A DNA stretch of 64,000 bases from Escherichia coli (GTDB lineage: Bacteria > Pseudomonadota > Gammaproteobacteria > Enterobacterales > Enterobacteriaceae). Each line of letters starts with the position of its first letter. Position 1 is the stretch's first letter. Shown one piece after another: positions 1 through 9,707 of the stretch. The notes under the pieces were generated by a model. It saw only the letters and a program-made list of their open reading frames with translations. It made no database searches and was not told where the DNA came from. The DNA lies in assembly GCF_003334385.1 (NCBI RefSeq), contig NZ_QOWN01000009.1, one strand, 5' to 3'. Position numbers and translations under genes: made by a program.

Positions 1-615
<615 letters not shown>

Positions 616-621
616 ATAAAC

Positions 622-652
622 GGGAGGCGAAGGTGCCTCCCGTTTTGCTTTC
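622..652. terminator. bidirectional rho-independent terminator between convergent envZ and pck
   Basis: GGGAGGC-gaag-GCCTCCC hairpin followed by GTTTTGCTTTCT on + strand and preceded by AAATAAA (U-tract for the - strand). Confidence 0.75.
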
Positions 653-690
653 TATAAGATACTGGATAGATATTCTCCAGCTTCAAATCA

Positions 691-2313
691 TTACAGTTTC
701 GGACCAGCCGCTACCAGCGCGGCACCCGCAGGGGTGTCGGTGTATTTATCGAAGTTGTCGATAAACAGTTTCGCCAGGGTTTCGGCTTTTTCCTGCCACT
801 GTTCCGGAGAAGCGTAGGTGTTACGCGGATCGAGAATCTTCGTGTCTACGCCCGGCAGTTCGGTTGGGATCGCCAGGTTAAACATCGGCAGAGTGAAGGT
901 TTCTGCATTATCCAGCGAACCGTTGAGGATGGCGTCGATAATGGCGCGGGTATCTTTAATCGAGATACGTTTGCCAGTGCCGTTCCAGCCAGTGTTAACC
1001 AGATAAGCCTGCGCGCCCGCCGCCTGCATACGTTTCACCAGCACTTCTGCGTACTGAGTCGGGTGCAGCGACAGGAATGCCGCGCCGAAGCAAGCGGAGA
1101 AGGTTGGCGTCGGTTCGGTGATGCCACGCTCAGTACCGGCCAGTTTGGCGGTGAAGCCAGAGAGGAAGTGATACTGGGTTTGATCGGCAGTCAGGCGAGA
1201 AACCGGCGGCAACACGCCGAAAGCATCAGCAGTCAGGAAGATAACCTTAGTCGCGTGGCCCGCTTTGGAAACCGGCTTAACAATGTTATCGATGTGATAG
1301 ATCGGATAAGAAACGCGGGTGTTCTCGGTTTTTGAACCATCATCAAAGTCGATAGTGCCATCTTCACGCACGGTGACGTTTTCCAGCAACGCATCACGAC
1401 GGATAGCGTTGTAGATTTCAGGTTCCGCTTCTTTCGACAGCTTGATAGTTTTTGCGTAGCAGCCGCCTTCGAAGTTAAACACGCCGTCATCGTCCCAGCC
1501 GTGTTCGTCATCGCCAATCAGGCGACGTTTCGGGTCGGTGGAAAGGGTGGTTTTACCGGTGCCGGAAAGGCCGAAGAACACCGCAACATCGCCTTTCTCA
1601 CCAACGTTGGCGGAGCAGTGCATAGAAGCGATACCTTTCAGCGGCAGCAGGTAGTTCATCATCGAGAACATCCCTTTCTTCATTTCGCCGCCGTACCAGG
1701 TGCCGCCAATCAGCTGCATGCGCTCGGTCAGGTTAAACGCCACGAAGTTTTCGGAGTTGAGACCCTGTTCTTTCCACTGCGGGTTAGTGCACTTCGCGCC
1801 GTTCATAACGATAAAGTCTGGTTTGAAACCTGCCAGTTCTTCATCGCTCGGGCGAATAAACATGTTTTTGACAAAATGCGCCTGCCAGGCCACTTCGGTG
1901 ATGAAACGGACGGAAAGACGAGTATCCGGGTTCGCACCACAGAAAGCGTCGACAACGAACAGACGTTTGCCGGAAAGCTGCCTGGTCACCAGGCCTTTCA
2001 GATGCTGCCAGGTTTCCGGAGAGAGAGGTTTGTTGTCGTTCTTACCTTTGCCTTTGTCTGCCCACCAGAAAGTATCGCGAGTGGTATCGTCACGGACGAT
2101 ATACTTATCTTTTGGTGAACGACCGGTGAAGATCCCGGTATCGACGGCAACGGCACCCAGATTAGTTAACACCCCGCGCTCATAACCTGTCAGGCTCGGA
2201 TCGAGCTCTTCCTGATACAGCAGGTCGTAGCTTGGGTTGTAAACGATATCATGTACGTCACTGATACCATAAGCCTCGAGTTCTTGCGGGGTCAAACCAT
2301 TGTTAACGCGCAT
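691..2313 (-). CDS. pck: phosphoenolpyruvate carboxykinase (ATP)
   Basis: 563-aa ORF; product recognised from [32 protein letters not shown] (540 aa); ATG at 2313 preceded by AGGAG; upstream in-frame extension is spurious. Confidence 0.96.
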   Translation of the reverse strand: MRVNNGLTPQELEAYGISDVHDIVYNPSYDLLYQEELDPSLTGYERGVLTNLGAVAVDTGIFTGRSPKDKYIVRDDTTRDTFWWADKGKGKNDNKPLSPETWQHLKGLVTRQLSGKRLFVVDAFCGANPDTRLSVRFITEVAWQAHFVKNMFIRPSDEELAGFKPDFIVMNGAKCTNPQWKEQGLNSENFVAFNLTERMQLIGGTWYGGEMKKGMFSMMNYLLPLKGIASMHCSANVGEKGDVAVFFGLSGTGKTTLSTDPKRRLIGDDEHGWDDDGVFNFEGGCYAKTIKLSKEAEPEIYNAIRRDALLENVTVREDGTIDFDDGSKTENTRVSYPIYHIDNIVKPVSKAGHATKVIFLTADAFGVLPPVSRLTADQTQYHFLSGFTAKLAGTERGITEPTPTFSACFGAAFLSLHPTQYAEVLVKRMQAAGAQAYLVNTGWNGTGKRISIKDTRAIIDAILNGSLDNAETFTLPMFNLAIPTELPGVDTKILDPRNTYASPEQWQEKAETLAKLFIDNFDKYTDTPAGAALVAAGPKL

Positions 2314-2691
2314 TTCACTGCTCCTTAGCCAATATGTATTGCCTGAATAGTAAAGTCTTTTTGGGGGTGTTAACCGCGACAAGGCTCATAGATTTACGTA
2401 TCTGGAGAAATTCATATTTGACAAAAAACTCCGTGATTCCTGTCACGAAACGGTTGCTATTATCGCAGAAATAGCATTTTAGGTGTGGAAAATGTTCTCA
2501 AAAGGTTAAATCTTGGTTTATATGGCGGGAATATTGTGAGTGGAATCGCATTCCTGAATGAAATTGATGCAAATTCAACCGGTAAAGTATCGATTCACCA
2601 CGCTAACTTTTTTTGATTATTTTCTGAAAAAAGCAAAATACTACTGCCCGGATGCGATAATTAACCCACCTTTTGATTCTGGATAACCAAC

Positions 2692-4416
2692 ATGGATAAC
2701 GTTGAACTTTCACCCGCAACACGCTGGGGGATGATTGCTACCGGATTACTTCAGGGTCTGGTTTGCTACCTGCTGATCGCCTGGCTTTCCGGAAAAAATC
2801 ACAGTTGGATTGTTTATGGCGTGCCTGCGACCGTCGCGTTTTCATCCGTTTTACTCTTCTCCGTGATCTCTTTTAAACAGAAGCGCCTTTGGGGATGGCT
2901 GGCGCTAGTGTTTATTGCCACGCTGGGGATGAGCGGCTGGCTGAAGTGGCAAACTGATGGCATGAACCCCTGGAGAGCTGAAAAGGCGCTTTGGGATTTT
3001 GGTTGCTATCTGCTGTTGATGGCAATGTTGTTGCTACCGTGGATACAACAAAGCCTTCGCATCCGCAATGACAGTAGCCGCTATCGCTATTTTTACCAGT
3101 CAGTATGGCATAACGTACTTATATTACTGGTGATTTTTCTCGCCAATGGCTTGACGTGGCTGGTGCTTTTACTGTGGAGTGAGTTGTTTAAACTTGTTGG
3201 CATCACGTTTTTCAATACGCTCTTTTTTGCAACCGACTGGTTTATTTATCTCACGTTAGGTCTGGTTACCGCGCTGGCGGTGATCCTCGCGCGAACACAG
3301 TCACGTTTAATCGACTCTATTCAAAAGTTGTTCACGTTAATCGCCACGGGGTTGCTGCCGTTAGTATCATTGCTAACCCTGATGTTTATCATCACCCTGC
3401 CGTTTACGGGCCTGAGCGCGATTTCTCGCCACATCTCCGCCGCCGGGTTGCTGTTGACGCTGGCCTTTTTGCAATTGATCTTAATGGCTATTGTCCGCGA
3501 TCCGCAAAAAGCGTCACTTCCCTGGACAGGGCCGTTGCGTTGCCTGATTAAAACCGCTTTGCTGGTTGCTCCGCTGTATGTGTTCGTCGCCGCCTGGGCG
3601 TTATGGCTGCGGGTCGCTCAGTACGGCTGGACTGTCGACCGCTTGCAGGGCGTGCTGGCGGTGCTGGTGTTACTGGTGTGGTCGCTGGGGTATTTTGTCA
3701 GCATCGTCTGGCGTAAAGGGCAAAATCCCGTTGTTCTTCAGGGCAAAGTGAACCTTGCGGTTTCGTTATTGGTGTTGGTGATACTGGTGCTTCTTAATTC
3801 GCCGGTGCTGGACAGTATGCGCATTAGCGTGAACAGCCATATGGCGCGTTATCAGAGCGGCAAAAACACGTCAGACCAGGTAACTATCTACATGCTCGAG
3901 CAGAGCGGTCGCTATGGACGTGCTGCGCTTGAGTCGCTGAAAAGCGATGCCGGGTTTATGAAAGACCCGAAACGCGCGCGGGATCTGCTGATGGCGTTAG
4001 ATGGAGAGCAACATCTTCAGCAACAGGTATCGGAAAAAGTATTAGCCGATAATGTGTTAATTGCCCCTGGTTCTGTTAAACCTGATGCGACATTCTGGTC
4101 GGCCTTAATCCAGGATCGCTATAACGTGATGACCTGTATTGAAAAAGACGCCTGCGTCCTGGTCGAGCAAGATCTGAATAGTGATGGTCAGGCGGAGCGG
4201 ATCCTGTTTGCTTTTAATGATGACAGAGTCATTGTCTATGGCTTTGACTCAGACAGAAAAGAATGGGACGCGCTTGATATGAGTTTACTTCCGAACGAAA
4301 TAACGAAAGAAAAATTACTCACAGCTGCGAAGGATGGAAAACTGGGGACGAAGCCTAAAGCGTGGCGCGATCTTGTAGTGGATGGTGAAAGGCTGAATGT
4401 GAATCTGAATGAGTGA
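2692..4416 (+). CDS. yhgE: predicted polytopic inner-membrane protein YhgE
   Basis: 574-aa ORF, highly hydrophobic with many predicted TM segments; position between pck and hslO as in E. coli. Confidence 0.88.
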
Positions 4417-4449
4417 CAAAGCGCATCAGGTGTATTAGTCGTAAAATCC

Positions 4450-4473
4450 GGCAGAGCCCTCTCTGCCGGACAT
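4450..4473. terminator. hairpin between convergent yhgE and hslO (likely bidirectional terminator)
   Basis: CCGGCAGAG-ccctc-TCTGCCGG inverted repeat in the 62-bp convergent spacer. Confidence 0.55.
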
Positions 4474-4478
4474 ACTCA

Positions 4479-5363
4479 TTAATGAACTTGCGGATCTGCC
4501 GGAGACGCGTTGTTGCGGATTTCAGCAATATCCATCGCATTGAACAGATAGTGGTTACCGCAGTAATCACAATGCATGTCAATTTCGCCATCTTCCGCCA
4601 GGATGCTATCAACTTCTTCATCAGGCAGCGTTTTCAGCGCATCGGCGCAACGTTCACGCGAGCAGGTGCATTTGAACTCCACATCCTGCGGATCGTAAAC
4701 CGTCACCTCTTCTTCGTGATACAAACGCCACAACACTTCGTTTGCCGGTAAGGTCAGCAGTTCTTCGGTTTTGATGGTTTCGGTTAGCGTCGCCAGGTGG
4801 TCAAAGTCGTCCTGCTGGGCATTTTGCGCAGGCATTACCTGCAACAACATACCGCCTGCAGCCGGTTTGCCGTCTACGTCGCCGGTGCGAATAAACAGGC
4901 GCGTCGGCAGCTGTTCAGAACGCATAAAGTAATCTTCCAGGCAGGCCGCCAGGGTATCACCTTCCAGACCAACTACGCCCTGATAGCGTTCGCCTTCGCT
5001 CGGGGTAATGGTGATCACCACGTAACCATTGCCGACCAGCGTTTTCAGGTCGGCATTTTCTGGAATTTCGCCCTGCACGCGCGCCACACCGCGCATCTGC
5101 TGGTTATTGTTACCGTTAATAACCGCCAGATTCATCGGACCGTCGCCCTGCAGCTGTACGGTGATATCACCATCAAACTTCAGCGTAGCGGTTAACAGGC
5201 TGGTCGCAACCAGCAGTTCTGCCAGCACGTTTTTAACGGGCTGCGGATAATCGTGGTTCTCAAGGATCTGTTGCAGGGTTTCCGAAACGGTTACCAGTTC
5301 GCCGCGCACGGCAAAGTTTTCAAACAGATAGCGATGTAATTGGTCATGTTGCGGCATAATCAT
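4479..5363 (-). CDS. hslO: redox-regulated chaperone Hsp33
   Basis: 294-aa ORF; C-terminal zinc centre CTC...CDYC falls at Cys232/234/265/268 when counted from this start; alternative start two codons in (MPQHDQ...). Confidence 0.95.
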   Translation of the reverse strand: MIMPQHDQLHRYLFENFAVRGELVTVSETLQQILENHDYPQPVKNVLAELLVATSLLTATLKFDGDITVQLQGDGPMNLAVINGNNNQQMRGVARVQGEIPENADLKTLVGNGYVVITITPSEGERYQGVVGLEGDTLAACLEDYFMRSEQLPTRLFIRTGDVDGKPAAGGMLLQVMPAQNAQQDDFDHLATLTETIKTEELLTLPANEVLWRLYHEEEVTVYDPQDVEFKCTCSRERCADALKTLPDEEVDSILAEDGEIDMHCDYCGNHYLFNAMDIAEIRNNASPADPQVH

Positions 5364-5381
5364 CTCTCTTGCAGGTGACAG

Positions 5382-5783
5382 TTATTCACTGTCGCCGTGT
5401 TTAAATCGTAACAGGTCGCGGCGCTCTTTTTTGTCCGGGCGTCGGTCCGGGTGCGGCATGGTTAAGGCATTAAGTTTACGTGCCAGCGCCATTTTTTCGC
5501 GTTTCTCTACACTTTCCGCAGTCTCTTCATACAGCAAGGCTGCCTCGCTGGCGGGGCGACGCTGTTCAGTAATCGCCTTTACAATCACCGTGCGTTCGTC
5601 ATTTCCCTGGCGCAGAGTGAGCGTGGCATTCAGCTCGACGATTTTGCTCGGCTTGCTGCGCTGCCCGTTGTAATGCACCTTACCGCCTTCAATCATTTCA
5701 CGGGCCAGCGCGCGGGTTTTATAAAAACGGGCAGCCCATAGCCATTTATCCAGTCGAACCTCAACAGCAGGTTTCTCTTTCAT
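5382..5783 (-). CDS. hslR: ribosome-associated heat shock protein Hsp15 (S4-domain RNA binding)
   Basis: 133-aa ORF MKEKPAVEVRLDKWLWAARFYKTRALAREMIEGGKVHYNGQ...; immediately upstream of hslO on same strand. Confidence 0.95.
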   Translation of the reverse strand: MKEKPAVEVRLDKWLWAARFYKTRALAREMIEGGKVHYNGQRSKPSKIVELNATLTLRQGNDERTVIVKAITEQRRPASEAALLYEETAESVEKREKMALARKLNALTMPHPDRRPDKKERRDLLRFKHGDSE

Positions 5784-5793
5784 GGCGTCTCCT

Positions 5794-6462
5794 TCACATT
5801 AGCGAGGGGATCAGGCGGCGGTAGTCATTCAGTGACGGATGGCGTTGATACTGTTTCTCGGCAATCCCGGAATCAGGATTAGTCACGCCGAGGCAGTAAC
5901 GAATACCAAATTGCGCGGCAGCATCGAGAATCGCTTCGCTGTCATCAATAAACAGCGTTCTTTCAGCTTTCAGACCCGTAGCTTCGGCCACCGCATGCCA
6001 TAACCGCTGATCCTCTTTCGGATAACCAAATGTGTGGGTGGAAAGTAATAAATCAAGGTGTGCGTCCAGACCGGTATGCTCAAGTTTTACCGCCAGGTTG
6101 TGCGGATGCGCATTGGTGAGCAAAATTCGCTGCTTACCGCTGGCTTTCAGTGCCTCAAGAAACGGAATGGTATCTTCACGCAGTACGGCACGCGGTCCCA
6201 TCTCGGTGGTCATCGCACAGATATCCAGACCCAGTTGCTCACTCCAGTAATCAAGACAGTACCAGTTTAGCGTATGCTGTACGTCGTGATATTGCTGGCG
6301 CATATATTCCATCGCTTCCTGTGGCGTAACCCCGTTTTTCGCGCCCCATGTTTCAGGCACCAGCTTTTGCCAGAAATAGTTATCGAAGGCGAGGTCGAGC
6401 AACGTGCCGTCCATATCCAGCAGAACGGTATCTACGTCCTGCCAGGCAATGTTGATATGCAT
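5794..6462 (-). CDS. yrfG: HAD-family GMP/IMP nucleotidase YrfG
   Basis: HAD motif DMDGTLLD near N-terminus; 222 aa from MHINIAWQDVDTVLLDMDGTL; ATG at 6462; longer 237-aa ORF is an upstream extension. Confidence 0.9.
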   Translation of the reverse strand: MHINIAWQDVDTVLLDMDGTLLDLAFDNYFWQKLVPETWGAKNGVTPQEAMEYMRQQYHDVQHTLNWYCLDYWSEQLGLDICAMTTEMGPRAVLREDTIPFLEALKASGKQRILLTNAHPHNLAVKLEHTGLDAHLDLLLSTHTFGYPKEDQRLWHAVAEATGLKAERTLFIDDSEAILDAAAQFGIRYCLGVTNPDSGIAEKQYQRHPSLNDYRRLIPSLM

Positions 6463-6526
6463 GAGGGAAATCTCCAGAGTGAAGCAATTTGCGCGACAGG
6501 GTAGCATAACCTGCCGCGCAAACGTG

Positions 6527-8662
6527 TTATTCGATAAGGCTTTCTGAAGGGGTGATCAGTTGCGGGTTCAGGCAGCTTTCATAATAGGCCTGAATCTCCA
6601 TCATGCGAGTGCGATGACGCTGGTAACGACGCCAGGCCTGTACGCCATTGTAAATGGCGCTACCCAGCATCGTCAGTAGCAGCAATGTGGTGCTGAGATA
6701 GCGCCACAGGCCGGAACGATCCGGGATCGGATGAAGGCCAATATGCTGCGTACCATTGGCGTCAGTGAAGATTTTTGTGACGATACCCTCGGCGTTAAAC
6801 GGCGTATGCATCAGCATTTGTGCCAGTTTCTGGAAAGCGTTCCACTGTTCTTGCGGCTGGTAGTCGTAAAGTGATGCCGAAGGCCAGGGCTGATCAACAA
6901 AATCGCTGCCTTCGTCGCTGACAATCAGGAATCCGCCGGGGGCCGGACTGTTTAGTGATTGTGCCGCTCGCGCCGTTTCATGCGTGATAAACGGCGCGGT
7001 GGAGGTTGCCACCAGGTTATCCAGCGATTCCGCACTCACCGGGCGTAATAACACATTCACGCCATCGAGCTTCCCGGCGTTGGCGCGTTTTACCAGCGCG
7101 TCCCAGTCTTTACTGTTGCCGAGATTGACCAGCGCATTTTTCAGTCGCACACAGTCATCTTTGGCAGAACATAAATCCGCTGTCTTCAGTACAATGTCGC
7201 CAAAATCATCAAGCAATACCATGCCGGATTTTTGAATTGCTGAACGTAATGAGGCACTGACGCGAGATTCATCTTCCGGTTTAGGGTGCAGCTGGCGATT
7301 AACTGCTTCAGTCAATGCCGTCGCTTTGTTGACCAGTTCAGATTCTGGTGATGGCAATGAGCGGGCGTCGTTCCAGATGATCTGCGAGCAGTCAAACGGT
7401 AAAAAAGGTGAATTGGTTTTCGCGCTCCAGGTTCCGGAAGTTCGAATATTACACATTCCCGTACCGCTAATACGCAATGTATCGCCTACCCGCACGCCAG
7501 CGTCAGCCAGTTGTTTTACGCTGGTGGCTTCAATGGTCTGCGCGCCTTTCATCCATGAGAGAGTGAATTTCAGCGGCATATCCAGCGGGATCCAGAATAA
7601 CAGCATAAACAGCACCAGCAGCGAGCCCGCAGCGATAATCGTACTGCGCAGCCAGTGCTGTAACGGAAAGTTTTTTACTTCATCATGCAGCGAAAGATAT
7701 CGTCCCTGACGCACTACATGGCGGTCGAGATAGATATCGATATCGGTTTGTTGACCGAGATCCTGAGCAATGTATGGCTGCCAGTGTGCGGGATAGACCA
7801 GGTCGATAATACCGAGTGAAATATTGTTGATCTGTTCCTGATCGTTTTCGCCAAACAATCCCCAACGACGGGGTGTACCGCGCAGACAATGAATTTCCCG
7901 CAGGGAGGATTTTGCCGGGGGCGCGAATAGCCCCCACAGACCTGCGCCCAGCAGCAGTAACGCGCCGCCTGCCAGCCACGGAACAAATACATCCGGGGTA
8001 ATCAGGCAGAAAAAGAACATCAGGAAGGAGGCGACGATCAGCAACGCTTCACGCAGCCCGCGCGGACGACTCAGCGCATATTCTTCATGCGTTTCTTTGC
8101 GAATATTGAGTAGCTCGATTTGCTCACTCTCTTCCCCGCGAATCGACGCCTGCGTTGACGGAACAGGTTGCAAGGCATAGCTGCGAGTTTCCTGCATGTA
8201 CTCCTGCAGCGTATGACCGTTGAGTGAAATAACCAGCGGCAGCGAATCGGTATGAATCAGTTCAACGGTATTCTCATCGTTGATGTACTGTTCCCAGAAA
8301 GGGGGCAGGTGGACTTCTACCGAATCGAGGTAGTAACGCCATTTATTCGGATCGTCGGTAGAGATGCCGTAACGCGTGATAGCGTGTGTCAGCATCATGA
8401 CGTTGTTGCTTTCGGCATTCAGCGCCAGAGAGATCGGTGCCGCGCTGGCTCCCGTTGGGCCAGGCACCTGTAATACCTGCGTCAGGCTCTCAAGATAATT
8501 TTCAACGGCGCTACGTTCTTCAGGTGTGAGTTTACGCGTTTGCGCATCCGCGAAGGCGTTGGTCCAGGGCAGCTGACGCCGTCTGGATCGCACTTTTATC
8601 AGCCATCCCGCAAGTAGTGAGCAGGCCAGCAAAGCAGCTAAAAAAATCACAATGGTGCTCAT
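6527..8662 (-). CDS. igaA: inner-membrane Rcs phosphorelay attenuator IgaA (YrfF)
   Basis: 711-aa ORF, N-terminal TM segment MSTIVIFLAALLACSLLAGWLIKVRSRRRQLPW, large periplasmic/cytoplasmic domains. Confidence 0.95.
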   Translation of the reverse strand: MSTIVIFLAALLACSLLAGWLIKVRSRRRQLPWTNAFADAQTRKLTPEERSAVENYLESLTQVLQVPGPTGASAAPISLALNAESNNVMMLTHAITRYGISTDDPNKWRYYLDSVEVHLPPFWEQYINDENTVELIHTDSLPLVISLNGHTLQEYMQETRSYALQPVPSTQASIRGEESEQIELLNIRKETHEEYALSRPRGLREALLIVASFLMFFFCLITPDVFVPWLAGGALLLLGAGLWGLFAPPAKSSLREIHCLRGTPRRWGLFGENDQEQINNISLGIIDLVYPAHWQPYIAQDLGQQTDIDIYLDRHVVRQGRYLSLHDEVKNFPLQHWLRSTIIAAGSLLVLFMLLFWIPLDMPLKFTLSWMKGAQTIEATSVKQLADAGVRVGDTLRISGTGMCNIRTSGTWSAKTNSPFLPFDCSQIIWNDARSLPSPESELVNKATALTEAVNRQLHPKPEDESRVSASLRSAIQKSGMVLLDDFGDIVLKTADLCSAKDDCVRLKNALVNLGNSKDWDALVKRANAGKLDGVNVLLRPVSAESLDNLVATSTAPFITHETARAAQSLNSPAPGGFLIVSDEGSDFVDQPWPSASLYDYQPQEQWNAFQKLAQMLMHTPFNAEGIVTKIFTDANGTQHIGLHPIPDRSGLWRYLSTTLLLLTMLGSAIYNGVQAWRRYQRHRTRMMEIQAYYESCLNPQLITPSESLIE

Positions 8663-8981
8663 GCTTTCCCCATCTTACTTAGTCTGTCAGGCGTGGTCAG
8701 TCGCACCGGACACAATACATGATTCTGCGGTTGGCTATCGGCAAGCGTGGAGTTTAACTTGAGCATCATTAAGCACATCACAGTAACCGCTGATCATAGC
8801 AAACCCTCTGAAGGCGGAATATCAGCAAATTCCTGGAGTTATTTCAACCTATTGACTTTTAATTTGATTTGAGGACGATTATTTATTAAGTTACATAAAT
8901 GTAAATAACATGCAATTCACATTGCCGAAAGCGTGTCCGATATCGCACAATAACCGCTGATTTCACAGCATAGATCCCACG

Positions 8982-9542
8982 ATGAGCAAATCATTACAAA
9001 AACCCACCATTCTGAATGTTGAAACTGTAGCCCGTTCCCGACTGTTTACCGTCGAGAGCGTGGATCTGGAGTTCAGCAATGGCGTGCGGCGTGTTTATGA
9101 ACGAATGCGTCCAACCAACCGGGAAGCAGTGATGATTGTGCCGATTGTGGACGATCACCTGATCCTGATCCGCGAATACGCAGTGGGAACTGAATCCTAC
9201 GAATTAGGTTTTTCGAAAGGATTAATTGATCCGGGTGAAAGCGTCTACGAAGCCGCTAACCGCGAGCTAAAAGAAGAGGTTGGATTTGGAGCGAACGATC
9301 TGACTTTTTTGAAGAAGCTCAGCATGGCACCGTCTTACTTTTCCAGCAAAATGAATATCGTGGTAGCGCAAGATCTCTACCCGGAATCACTGGAAGGCGA
9401 TGAGCCAGAGCCGCTACCACAGGTGCGCTGGCCGCTGGCGCATATGATGGATTTGCTGGAAGACCCTGACTTCAATGAAGCGCGCAATGTCAGTGCGCTG
9501 TTCCTCGTGCGCGAATGGTTGAAAGGGCAGGGGCGAGTGTAA
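8982..9542 (+). CDS. nudE: ADP-sugar/ADP-compound Nudix hydrolase NudE
   Basis: 186-aa ORF with Nudix box GLIDPGESVYEAANRELKEEVGF. Confidence 0.95.
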   Translation: MSKSLQKPTILNVETVARSRLFTVESVDLEFSNGVRRVYERMRPTNREAVMIVPIVDDHLILIREYAVGTESYELGFSKGLIDPGESVYEAANRELKEEVGFGANDLTFLKKLSMAPSYFSSKMNIVVAQDLYPESLEGDEPEPLPQVRWPLAHMMDLLEDPDFNEARNVSALFLVREWLKGQGRV

Positions 9543-9621
9543 ATGCGTGAAGTTTGCCTGATGCACAATGTTTATCAGGCTTATGGGGTTTCTGCAATTT
9601 ATTGAGTTTTCACGATTTTGT

Positions 9622-9652
9622 TAGCCGGATAACGCGTTCACGCCGTATCCGG
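9622..9652. repeat. REP-like palindromic element
   Basis: GCCGGATAACGCGTTCACGCCGTATCCGGCA in nudE-mrcA convergent spacer. Confidence 0.6.
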
Positions 9653-9682
9653 CATAAACAAGTGCACTTTGTCAGCAAACTG

Positions 9683-9705
9683 AAAAGGCGCCGAAGCGCC
9701 TTTTT
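9683..9705. terminator. bidirectional rho-independent terminator (nudE / mrcA)
   Basis: AAAA-GGCGC-cgaa-GCGCC-TTTTT, symmetric A/T tracts on both sides. Confidence 0.8.
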
Positions 9706-9707
9706 AA

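Noticed and set aside
691-2382. N-terminally extended ORFs (pck 563 aa, yrfG 237 aa, aroK 240 aa, frlC 305 aa, frlA 462 aa, nirC 299 aa, rpsL 144 aa and others)
   Set aside because: The six-frame track reports the longest ORF. In each case an internal ATG/GTG with a proper Shine-Dalgarno gives the protein length expected for the family, and the upstream extension runs through promoter or terminator sequence.
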